From IMG/VR virus record IMGVR_UViG_3300037843_000385: 30,659 nucleotides of DNA; one strand, given 5' to 3'. Positions within the stretch are counted from its first letter, which is position 1. Every line of letters starts with the position of its first letter. This stretch comes from a virus. This document shows positions 23,244-30,659 of this stretch, piece by piece. The translations under genes and the position numbers were made by a program. The notes under the pieces were generated by a model. The model worked only from the letters and a program-made list of their open reading frames with translations. It was not told where the DNA came from and did no database searches.

Positions 23244-24620
23244 ATGGAACGGCTTAGCTATGTGCTGAAACCCGAGAACCTGTCGGTCGCGGTGACCGAC
23301 CCGCAGACCAAACTGCCTGTCTGGAAGACGATGCACTCAACGCACGTGTCGTTCAAGAGCATCGTCCGGGCGCTCAAGCGCGAGGACTGGGCGAAGGCTG
23401 TCCGCCTGTTCGACACAGCGCAGCTTATCGCCGACAAGTCGCAGGGTCGCGTCCAGGTGCGCAAGGACGGCGTGTTCTACAACGGCACGAAGATCGACAA
23501 CTCCCTGACCACACGCATCCTCCAGCTTATCAAGGAGGGAAAGCCCGTGAGCAAGATGCTCAAGTTCATGGACAGGCTCTACGCAAACCCCTCGCAGACC
23601 GCCATCGACGAATTGTATGACTGGCTGAACGGCTGCAAGCTGCCCATCACCGATGACGGCCGCTTCGTTGCATACCGCCGCGTCAAGAGCGACTACAAGG
23701 ACGTCTACACGGGCACCATCGACAACAGCCCCGGCCAGGTCGTGTTTATGAAGCGCTCCGACGTCTGCCCCAACCGCCACGACACGTGCGCACGGGGCCT
23801 GCACTTCTGCTCCATCGCATACCTGTCGAACTACCCCGGCGACCGCATCATGCAAGTGGTCGTTGACCCCGCCGATGTCGTGAGCATCCCGAGCGACTAC
23901 CAGTACACCAAGGGGCGCACGTGGCAGTACGAGGTCGTGAAGGAAATCCCTCGCGATCAGATCGACGACCTGCTCGACCGGGGCACGGACATCGACGACT
24001 ACCGTGTCGCCGTGTACAGCATCGCGAATGACCGCAAGAAGCTTCTCGCGGAAGTCCTTGCGCTGCCTCTCGTCAAGAAAATGCTACGGCAGGCGAAGAA
24101 GGCCCGCCGCGTGAAGCGCGGCCGCAAGTCGAAGGACGCCGCGTTTATTGTTTCCGAGAAGAGCATCCGAAAGATGACTATCGGACGCTTGGCCGCGCTG
24201 TACTCGATGTACGCGCCGCCGACGCCCGCTACCGTCTCGCAGGGTGCGTTCATCGACCCGGCCACCGGGTACAACCGCCTATTCGTGCTGCGGAAGTCCT
24301 ACGGCTTCTCTCGCGGCCAGGTCGCCGACAAGATGAAGCTGAGCTATGGCACCGTGGCGAACTACGAGAAGGCACGCTCGCTGCCGCAGGCGACCATCGA
24401 CGATTACATGGATGCGGTCATGCGCCTGACGCGCCTCGGCGCGACCGACGAAACCGGGCTGTCGCTTCCGAAGCCGACGCAGAAAAGGCGTGCGGCTGCG
24501 GCGGGGGCGGCAAGTAGCTACGAAGATAAAGCTGACGCAGACTTCGTTGAGGATGAAGAGAGCATGGGCGACGAGTTTGGCTATGGCTACACGGACGAGT
24601 CCGACTACGAAGAGGTCTAA
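23244..24620 (+). CDS. rIIB: rIIB-like protein with a C-terminal HTH-like extension (458 aa)
   Basis: DTCARGLHFCSIAYL...VVDPADVVSIPSDYQYTKGRTWQYEVV matches the T4 rIIB core TCSRGLHVCSKSY...VHPRDVVSIPIDYNDAKMRTCQYEVV. Shine-Dalgarno AATAGGAGAA. Confidence 0.85.
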   Translation: MERLSYVLKPENLSVAVTDPQTKLPVWKTMHSTHVSFKSIVRALKREDWAKAVRLFDTAQLIADKSQGRVQVRKDGVFYNGTKIDNSLTTRILQLIKEGKPVSKMLKFMDRLYANPSQTAIDELYDWLNGCKLPITDDGRFVAYRRVKSDYKDVYTGTIDNSPGQVVFMKRSDVCPNRHDTCARGLHFCSIAYLSNYPGDRIMQVVVDPADVVSIPSDYQYTKGRTWQYEVVKEIPRDQIDDLLDRGTDIDDYRVAVYSIANDRKKLLAEVLALPLVKKMLRQAKKARRVKRGRKSKDAAFIVSEKSIRKMTIGRLAALYSMYAPPTPATVSQGAFIDPATGYNRLFVLRKSYGFSRGQVADKMKLSYGTVANYEKARSLPQATIDDYMDAVMRLTRLGATDETGLSLPKPTQKRRAAAAGAASSYEDKADADFVEDEESMGDEFGYGYTDESDYEEV

Positions 24621-24676
24621 CTTCGCAGCACAGAGATAGGGGCACCCCTTCTTCGCAAAGAGGAAATGCCCCTGTA

Positions 24677-24742
24677 GCCGGGAAGTCCCTCACTGTCAAC
24701 GTCTCTCTAACGCTTAGACAAAGGCTTCCCGGCTTTATTTTT
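24677..24742 (+). terminator. Rho-independent terminator (preceded by a second hairpin at 24638-24671)
   Basis: GCCGGGAAG...CTTCCCGGC stem followed by TTTATTTTT. Confidence 0.65.
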
Positions 24743-24776
24743 GGATGCAAGTTGTTGATTACAGGTTGGATAAAAC

Positions 24777-24806
24777 TGGACATTCCAGGTCGGTCGGCTG
24801 TATACT
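24777..24806 (+). promoter_or_regulatory. Promoter ACTGGACA-N18-TATACT (copy 2) plus a conserved 5'UTR
   Basis: The 30-mer CGGCTGTATACTACGGGTGGAGGAAACGAG (24795-24824) is identical to 29493-29522. Confidence 0.65.
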
Positions 24807-24827
24807 ACGGGTGGAGGAAACGAGAAC

Positions 24828-25742
24828 ATGGCAAAGCAGACCAAAACCAAGACTCAGACAGCGGCTCCTGCCACTGAACCGAAAATCAAGATCAATCCTG
24901 CTGTCGAAACCCCCGCAAAGCAGACCACTGTCAAGTCTGTCTGGAAGGGCTACCTCTCGGCGTTCGGTATCCTGACCGTGCCTGTGAAGGCTTACAAAGC
25001 GACGGACATTGACGGAATCGAGCGCAACATGTACCACAGCACCGATTGCGTGAACCGTCTCAAGTACCAAGACATGGTCTGCTCCGGTTGCGGCGCGACC
25101 GTGCCTGACGCGAGGAAAAACGCCCTGTACGGCGTCACCGTTGACGGCAAAATTGTGTTCGTTACTGACGATGAAATGAAGGCTCAACAGCCCTCGAAAG
25201 ACGGCGCGATCAGCATCACCGAATTTGTCCCCGCCGAGTCCGTCGAACCCATCTACTACGAATCAACCGAATATCTTGCATGCGGCGAGGCTACTCCTCA
25301 GCTTCAAGAGGCTTACGCCAACTTCCGCGAAGGGCTGATGCTCAGCGGTCGCATCGCCATCGGTCGAGTCGTGAGCCGTGGTCACGAGTATACCGTCGCC
25401 ATCCGCCCTCACGGCAATGCCATGCTGATGAGCTACCTGTTCGCGGAGTACGAAATTCGGAACTGCGACAAGTTCAGCGCGACCGCAGCGAACCCGACGT
25501 ATGCCCAAGTTTTTGCTGGACTCATGAGCGAATCTGACTTCGCCAAGGATAAGTTCACCCCGGCAGATTACGACAGTTGCCTCAAGAACCAGCGTGCGAT
25601 GATAGCCAAGAAGGCGGCGGGCCAGACCGTAGAATGCCCGAAGCCGCAAGAACAATCTGCTACGGCGGAAGATGTGCTATCTGCTCTCAAGGCGATGCTT
25701 GAAGTCTCTAAAAAGGCGAAGGCTGCTGCGGCTGGCAAGTAA
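24828..25742 (+). CDS. ku: Ku (NHEJ DNA-end-binding) homologue with an inserted zinc ribbon and a Lys/Ala-rich tail (304 aa)
   Basis: SVWKGYLSAFGILTVPVKAYKA is the bacterial Ku N-terminal signature. CVNRLKYQDMVCSGCG is a zinc ribbon. C-terminus KKAKAAAAGK. Confidence 0.8.
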   Translation: MAKQTKTKTQTAAPATEPKIKINPAVETPAKQTTVKSVWKGYLSAFGILTVPVKAYKATDIDGIERNMYHSTDCVNRLKYQDMVCSGCGATVPDARKNALYGVTVDGKIVFVTDDEMKAQQPSKDGAISITEFVPAESVEPIYYESTEYLACGEATPQLQEAYANFREGLMLSGRIAIGRVVSRGHEYTVAIRPHGNAMLMSYLFAEYEIRNCDKFSATAANPTYAQVFAGLMSESDFAKDKFTPADYDSCLKNQRAMIAKKAAGQTVECPKPQEQSATAEDVLSALKAMLEVSKKAKAAAAGK

Positions 25743-25766
25743 GTTAATTTTCAAAAAGGAGAATGC

Positions 25767-26054
25767 ATGGACGCTCGATCTTACAGCCACGAATTTGGTC
25801 TTGAACCCGACAGGCGAATCAGCGTCGGCACGCTATACTCGAACGCCGGGCCTCAGCCGCCCCGGCCGTCGTACAGCCACGACTTTAGCTCCGACCCTGC
25901 GATGCAGTTCGTGCCCTTCACCAGTCCCGCGCAGGCATCGCCCGACGCTCCGGCTCCAGGCGTTTCGCGCCTATGCCCGGAATGCCGCAAGCCCCGGATG
26001 ATATTCAAGGGAGACAAGTGCTTGAAGTGCGGCATAGACGCGGGGAGCCTCTGA
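25767..26054 (+). CDS. Pro-rich protein with a C-terminal zinc ribbon (95 aa)
   Basis: Shine-Dalgarno AAAAGGAGAATGC precedes the ATG. Motifs CPECRK...CLKCG. Confidence 0.55.
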   Translation: MDARSYSHEFGLEPDRRISVGTLYSNAGPQPPRPSYSHDFSSDPAMQFVPFTSPAQASPDAPAPGVSRLCPECRKPRMIFKGDKCLKCGIDAGSL

Positions 26055-26578
26055 TGCCCTGGTACCGCATATTCGCGAATCACGGTCCGGGACACCAGTC
26101 CAGCAGCGAGTTCTACCGCTGGCATGACAGCGTCCTGAAGACGAAGCAGCAGCGCGAGGACGCATGGCAAGAGGCGTTCGACCGCTACGACGACGCCATC
26201 GGCGACGTCGAACTGTGCGACAGGCTGCCGCACCACATCCGCGAGCAGAAGATCGAGGGCTGCCGGGTTACCATCGAGCACGCCCGCAAGATGCTGAACA
26301 TACTCGGGAACACCCTTACCAAGCCCGTGATCGCGGTGAGGCTGGTGACCGAGACTGCGGGAATAGACACGGTCAAGGGTCTCAACAGGTTCAACAGCGG
26401 GTTCCGCGCTAGGCTCCTCTCGGAGCCGGGCGTCGAGGGTCCGATGCGGGACAAGCGGGACGCCGCCGTGGACGCGCTGCTCCAGAGGTTTCGCAGGGAA
26501 AACCGCAGGGTTCGCCGGGAGCGGAAGGGCGCGACGCGCCACTCCCGCAGGCAGGACTACGCGGTGATCGTGCGATGA
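26054..26578 (+). CDS. Hypothetical protein with a basic C-terminus (174 aa)
   Basis: TGATG overlap with the upstream gene. In frame with track ORF 25973..26578. Confidence 0.6.
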   Translation: MPWYRIFANHGPGHQSSSEFYRWHDSVLKTKQQREDAWQEAFDRYDDAIGDVELCDRLPHHIREQKIEGCRVTIEHARKMLNILGNTLTKPVIAVRLVTETAGIDTVKGLNRFNSGFRARLLSEPGVEGPMRDKRDAAVDALLQRFRRENRRVRRERKGATRHSRRQDYAVIVR

Positions 26579-26720
26579 GAGTTACACGGTGGGTTAGGAT
26601 CAGGGTGAAAAGCCTGTGGCTGGCGCTCCGCGTTTGGAAGACCACGCGGGAGATTCGGACGCTGAATCGCCTCGTAACGGAGCACCACCGGAGAAACGTC
26701 GAAGCCTTGAGGAGCACGAG

Positions 26721-26984
26721 ATGAGCGAAGACTGCCACGACTCGAACAACGCCCCGGCGCAGAACGGCACCGAAACGGTCGCCTGCCATGCCTGCGGGGA
26801 ACCCGTTAAGCCTGAGGAAGCCTACCTCTGTGAGCTTAGCAAGCTGGATGGCACCACGGAGATCACCGTGTTCCACAAGGGCGCTGACTACATGTGCCCG
26901 CTGAGGTGGGCGACAGGGCGGCTTGAGGACCTCGGGGGCAGGCTGGAGGCGATAATCGCCCTGTTGGGGTACTGCGAGGATTGA
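26721..26984 (+). CDS. Hypothetical Cys-containing protein (87 aa)
   Basis: Shine-Dalgarno GAGGAGCACGAG precedes the ATG. The track has a longer GTG-start version (26616). Confidence 0.5.
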   Translation: MSEDCHDSNNAPAQNGTETVACHACGEPVKPEEAYLCELSKLDGTTEITVFHKGADYMCPLRWATGRLEDLGGRLEAIIALLGYCED

Positions 26985-27114
26985 AACTTATCAGCAACGA
27001 AGGGCTTGCGTAAGCATCCAATGTGAAGAGGCTGGTCGCCCCGCTTGACCGTACCGGGGAGGTAAGAGCGGAGGTCGTTAATATGAGCCGCCAGCAAAAT
27101 TTTGAGGAGAGGAA

Positions 27115-28290
27115 ATGATCGTCTTTTTGCTGCTGTGGAACTTTGGAATCTCGTGGCTGAACTGCTGGTTCGTCGGCAAGACGTGGGCCGAGTCCAAGGC
27201 AGTCGGAGGCTGGACGCGCCTCGTGACTTGGAGCGCCGCAGTGATGGGCGCGTGCGGTTTCGTGTGGTGCAACCTGCTGGTGATCGGCTACGCCGCGAGC
27301 ACGCACGTCGGAATCCTGCCCCACAAGTACCAGCTTACCGACCCGTACCTTGAACTGCTCTGGGAGATGGGCTACGCCATCGTAATCTTCCCGATACTGG
27401 GAAGCGGGCTGGCGATCTGGGCGGACTCGCTCAAACAGGCGTACAAGAACCGCGACATGCTGAGCGTCGGCGTCGCCGGGTACAACACCTTCGCGATGGC
27501 GCACAACGCCTACGAGGCGGCTGAGTTCCTACCCACGGTGTTCGAGAAGATAGGCAACTCGCTTGAGGACAGCGATAACAAGGCAGCGATGCTTGTGATC
27601 TACACCGTGCTGGCGCTGTCGGTCGGCATCGGAGTCGGTCTGGCGTATTACATCATCCACACGACGGCTGTGGGCGTCGCCAACAAGGCGAGGTCGTGGC
27701 GGGAAAGTAAGTTTGAAGAAATAAATCTGACGAGGAGAGACACAATGATGAAAAAGTACGCGGCAATCGTTTTAAGCCTGATGATGTTCGCCCTGCCAGT
27801 TCTGGCTACCCAGAACTTCCCGCTGACTACCCCGTTCAACGGTCCAGTATTCAGCGCAATGTATCCGACCCCAGACAACAGTTCCGTTGGCGTTGAAAAG
27901 TCGCTCGCCGAGGGAACCACCACCAATAACGACGGGACCTATACGGGATACACATACGGTTCCACGACAAAGAATGGCAAAGCGTGGTTTGGCGCTGGCT
28001 ACTTGGACTACACCTCGGTCCGGGGAACAAGCGTGGATGTCTTAGACAAGGCTGTGGACGGCGGGATCGCTGGTATGAAATTGGTGCTGGTTCCCGACAG
28101 CAGAAAGAACACAGAATTGGCTGGGTTGTTCGCCCGCGAGGGCGAGGGAGTAGACGACACCAGTGATTCGTTTTTACGAGTGTCGGTTACTGGCAACCGT
28201 TGCTACCTAGCGATTGTTGTTTTTGACAAGTCGCTCCACGCAACTCAAGCCGACGCGGACGAATTCTTCAATTCGATTCACAGAAACTAG
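27115..28290 (+). CDS. Multi-TM membrane protein (391 aa) containing an in-frame internal Shine-Dalgarno, ATGATG and signal peptide at 27745
   Basis: Shine-Dalgarno GAGGAGAGGAA precedes the ATG. The N-terminal half is a polytopic membrane protein. The internal GAGGAGAGACACAATGATG is followed by MMKKYAAIVLSLMMFALPVLATQ. Confidence 0.65.
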   Translation: MIVFLLLWNFGISWLNCWFVGKTWAESKAVGGWTRLVTWSAAVMGACGFVWCNLLVIGYAASTHVGILPHKYQLTDPYLELLWEMGYAIVIFPILGSGLAIWADSLKQAYKNRDMLSVGVAGYNTFAMAHNAYEAAEFLPTVFEKIGNSLEDSDNKAAMLVIYTVLALSVGIGVGLAYYIIHTTAVGVANKARSWRESKFEEINLTRRDTMMKKYAAIVLSLMMFALPVLATQNFPLTTPFNGPVFSAMYPTPDNSSVGVEKSLAEGTTTNNDGTYTGYTYGSTTKNGKAWFGAGYLDYTSVRGTSVDVLDKAVDGGIAGMKLVLVPDSRKNTELAGLFAREGEGVDDTSDSFLRVSVTGNRCYLAIVVFDKSLHATQADADEFFNSIHRN

Positions 28291-28313
28291 CTGAACTGGA
28301 AGAGGAGTACACG

Positions 28314-28529
28314 GTGAAGCTGACGATAAGCAAAGCGCTCGGTCGATTCGTGGTAGACGACACCACGCTGCCGGGTGCGCCCTCGATAGGCGTGGGGAGA
28401 ACGATGAAGGAAGCCATCGGCGACTTCATTCACGTGAACCAAAAGCGGCTGGAGATAGAGTTCGAGGTGGACAAGACGGCTCGCCCTGCGGAAATGCGAC
28501 GCAGGAACCGGGAACTGAGCAAACGATAG
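28314..28529 (+). CDS. HicB-like (antitoxin-fold) small protein (71 aa), GTG start
   Basis: Shine-Dalgarno GAAGAGGAG precedes the GTG. RFVVDDTTLPGAPSIGVGRTMKEAIGDFI resembles the HicB N-terminal domain pattern (YVV.FPDLPGC...G.T.EEA). Confidence 0.45.
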   Translation: MKLTISKALGRFVVDDTTLPGAPSIGVGRTMKEAIGDFIHVNQKRLEIEFEVDKTARPAEMRRRNRELSKR

Positions 28530-28537
28530 GAGGAACA

Positions 28538-28957
28538 ATGAAGCTTTCAAGCTGGCGGAAGAGGGAACTCATTTTTGCGGCGGTCCTGCTGTCCTCGGTG
28601 GCGACGTTCGCTGCCGGGCAGCTAACCTTCGTCACGAAGGCGCAGGACGGGCAAGGTCGGGAATACTCGGCGTACCTCGACCTCTCGACGAAGCACATGG
28701 AGGGCACCTACACGACGATGACTTCGTTTGCCCTCTGGGATGCGCCAGTCACCTCAGACGGGTATTCCGGCATCAAGTGGTACAAGAACGTGCTCCAGAT
28801 AGACTGCGCCCGCAACGTGAAGCGCCTGAAGTATATCGGATACCTCGACGTCAACGGAAACATCATCGTGGAGGAGTCGTACCCTGACGCTCAAGACGAG
28901 GCGATCAGCCTGGACTTGGTGGACTCAAAAGAGAATCCGTACTACTGCGGAAAGTAG
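28538..28957 (+). CDS. Secreted protein (139 aa)
   Basis: Shine-Dalgarno TAGGAGGAACA precedes the ATG. Signal peptide LIFAAVLLSSVATFAAGQ. Confidence 0.65.
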   Translation: MKLSSWRKRELIFAAVLLSSVATFAAGQLTFVTKAQDGQGREYSAYLDLSTKHMEGTYTTMTSFALWDAPVTSDGYSGIKWYKNVLQIDCARNVKRLKYIGYLDVNGNIIVEESYPDAQDEAISLDLVDSKENPYYCGK

Positions 28958-28960
28958 AGC

Positions 28961-29452
28961 ATGAAAATGAAACAGCAAACCGACAAGTTCGAAGGTCTGA
29001 GGGTTTACGTGGTCGTGCCGGGAGTGGTTCAGACCCCGATCAAGGTGACCTACTTTCCAAGGGAAAGCAACATCTACTCCTTCGGGCGCTTTGAGGACAC
29101 CCGTGACATCGTGCAGCCAGCCGGGCGGCAGGCGATGCAGGTCGGGCACGTGCGCGGTATGGTGGAGCACCACCTCGTCCTATCCGACATCGCGAGGCTG
29201 CGTGGCAAGAAGATCAGCGCTGCGACGGTGCCCTACCACGCCATCACGGGCATCGTGAAGAAGTGCCGGGACAGCTTTGAGCTTCTCCACGTCAAGAGTC
29301 TGCTGGAGAAGGCGAACATCCGCTTCTTCGAATTCGAGGACACGCAGGAAGGCCTGTACGAGGACGTCGTGACGGCGCTCGCCACCGAGCCTGTGACGCC
29401 GTTCGCGGTCGCTGGAATCCTTGACTACCTGCCGCTTTGGGACGGCAAGTAG
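28961..29452 (+). CDS. Hypothetical protein (163 aa)
   Basis: Complete ORF beginning 4 nt after the upstream stop. Confidence 0.6.
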   Translation: MKMKQQTDKFEGLRVYVVVPGVVQTPIKVTYFPRESNIYSFGRFEDTRDIVQPAGRQAMQVGHVRGMVEHHLVLSDIARLRGKKISAATVPYHAITGIVKKCRDSFELLHVKSLLEKANIRFFEFEDTQEGLYEDVVTALATEPVTPFAVAGILDYLPLWDGK

Positions 29453-29474
29453 CTGAAAACAAGACTCATATAAC

Positions 29475-29504
29475 TGGACGTTCTCTACTCCCCGGCTGTA
29501 TACT
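29475..29504 (+). promoter_or_regulatory. Promoter ACTGGACG-N18-TATACT (copy 3) plus a conserved 5'UTR
   Basis: The 30-mer at 29493-29522 is identical to 24795-24824. Confidence 0.65.
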
Positions 29505-29524
29505 ACGGGTGGAGGAAACGAGCG

Positions 29525-29785
29525 ATGCCAAACAAGATTGTTCTTCGAGTCTTCATCCCCGAGGATCGACGCCTGCCAGACAACGCGCAGTACATCCACC
29601 GCTTCCAGATCAAGTCCGAGTCCTCGGAAAGGCTCTACACCATCGCGCAGTCGCGCTCCGGTCTGTGGTGGGCGTGCGGCTGCCCAGGTTGGGTGCGCCA
29701 CAAGAACTGCAAGCATCTTCGGTCCCTCGGTTTGCCCGGACAGCACCAGCCTTTCGAAGCCACCCTTCCAGCGGGGAGTGAGTAA
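29525..29785 (+). CDS. SWIM zinc-finger protein (86 aa)
   Basis: WWACGCPGWVRHKNCKHL matches the CxCxnCxH SWIM motif. Confidence 0.6.
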   Translation: MPNKIVLRVFIPEDRRLPDNAQYIHRFQIKSESSERLYTIAQSRSGLWWACGCPGWVRHKNCKHLRSLGLPGQHQPFEATLPAGSE

Positions 29786-30211
29786 ATGGCTCGCCGCGCA
29801 TCAAACACGATTCCGAAGAAAGACTACTTCGAGCGGCTCCGCGAGGGCACGTCGCACCCGACCTACGACCCGGACGCGGAAGGCTACGGCAGCGTGTCGG
29901 AGTGGGTCTCGGGGTTCAACGTTCGAATGGGATTCGAGGAAGCGCGGGCGCACAAGGCGTCCGGCACCAAGCGCAAGGCGTGGAAGTCCGACTGGGCCGT
30001 GCTCGGCGAGATCGCCGGGGTCCGCCTCGACGAAAACTCGATGTGGAACGAGATCAAGTCCGCGTTCCGCAAGGCCGCGATGAACTGCCACCCCGACCGC
30101 GTGTCGCAGCACGGCAAGACCGTGGAACAGGCTACCGAGGAATTCAAGGACGCGAACGCCGCGTTCGCGATGCTAGAGGACATCTACAACGTCCAAGGAA
30201 GGCTCAAGTAA
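29786..30211 (+). CDS. J-domain (DnaJ-like) protein (141 aa)
   Basis: C-terminal IKSAFRKAAMNCHPDRVS...EEFKDANAAFAMLED carries the HPD motif. Confidence 0.75.
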   Translation: MARRASNTIPKKDYFERLREGTSHPTYDPDAEGYGSVSEWVSGFNVRMGFEEARAHKASGTKRKAWKSDWAVLGEIAGVRLDENSMWNEIKSAFRKAAMNCHPDRVSQHGKTVEQATEEFKDANAAFAMLEDIYNVQGRLK

Positions 30212-30659
30212 TGAAAAATGAACTGACCTACAGTCTGGCAAAGAGATTTGTGGACAACTACAAAGGCATCAACGACCCCACGAGCCTGAACTACTGTGAC
30301 AGTCACGCCATCGTCTGGCTGGAAGACCAAGCGAGAAAGTATGGCTACGACCGCATCTCCACGATGAACGCCGCCTGCCGCATCTTCATGCGGAACAACA
30401 AGCCAGCGAAGAGGGGCAAGAAAATCCGCATCGAGATCGTGAAGTACATGGCCAAGTGGGGCGCGTTCGCCAGCGGCGAGTCCGAGATGTACCGCGCCGA
30501 CCTCGTCGGGGCGAACGGCAAGCGGCAAACCCTGCCGGACACCCGAGCGTGTTGCACCGAGTACGAAGGCAACCCCGAGCGTAAGTACGCCGAGCAGATC
30601 GCCAAGATTTGGGCCGGACTTCTCGGATGCCAGATCGTCTCCGTAGACAAGACCAGAAA
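30211..30659 (+). CDS. Hypothetical protein, 3'-truncated at the window end
   Basis: TAATG overlap with the upstream gene. The ORF MKNELTYSLAKRFVDNYKG... stays open to the end of the window. Confidence 0.55.
   Translation, partial: MKNELTYSLAKRFVDNYKGINDPTSLNYCDSHAIVWLEDQARKYGYDRISTMNAACRIFMRNNKPAKRGKKIRIEIVKYMAKWGAFASGESEMYRADLVGANGKRQTLPDTRACCTEYEGNPERKYAEQIAKIWAGLLGCQIVSVDKTR

Noticed and set aside
26985-27083. TTGACC (27045-27050) and TTAATAT (27078-27084) as a promoter.
   Set aside because: The spacing between the elements is about 27 nt, which is incompatible with a sigma70-type promoter.
27084-27119. 11-aa ORF MSRQQNFEERK immediately upstream of the 27115 gene.
   Set aside because: It is too short. 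The GAGGAGAGGAA inside it is better explained as the Shine-Dalgarno sequence of the downstream gene.

Overview
This 30.7-kb window looks like one arm of a large, GC-rich (about 60% GC, judged by eye) bacteriophage or prophage genome. Every gene I can support is on the + strand. There are about 60 tightly packed CDS, many joined by ATGA/GTGA/TAATG stop-start overlaps. Long minus-strand ORFs in the track look like antisense artefacts of GC-rich coding DNA. A tRNA island at 6.1-9.2 kb carries about 15 tRNA or tRNA-like genes with encoded CCA. It is interleaved with small CDS and three kinds of free-standing homing-endonuclease-like genes (HNH twice, a PD-(D/E)xK-like gene in a low-GC islet, and a GIY-YIG/NUMOD3-like gene). 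The most recognisable proteins are a T4-type rIIA/rIIB pair, a Ku homologue, an ADP-ribosylglycohydrolase (ARH/DraG family), a type-I methionine aminopeptidase, a Pol-beta-superfamily nucleotidyltransferase, a J-domain protein, a SWIM zinc-finger protein, an HExxH metallopeptidase-like protein and many small Cys-rich proteins. Recurrent regulatory signals are a 30-nt promoter/5'UTR module repeated three times (ACTGGAC[A/G]-N18-TATACT-ACGGGTGGAGGAAACGAG), apparently leaderless promoters (TATTAT-N6-ATGAGC), and clear rho-independent terminators. The most unusual items are in the tRNA island: a type-II (long variable arm, G73) tRNA carrying an Asn GUU anticodon, a tRNA with an apparent 9-nt anticodon loop, a complete NCG arginine anticodon set, and an aberrant 83-nt tRNA-like element. 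No CRISPR array, rRNA or integrase is visible. All folds, motifs and coordinates were derived by eye and should be re-checked with tools.
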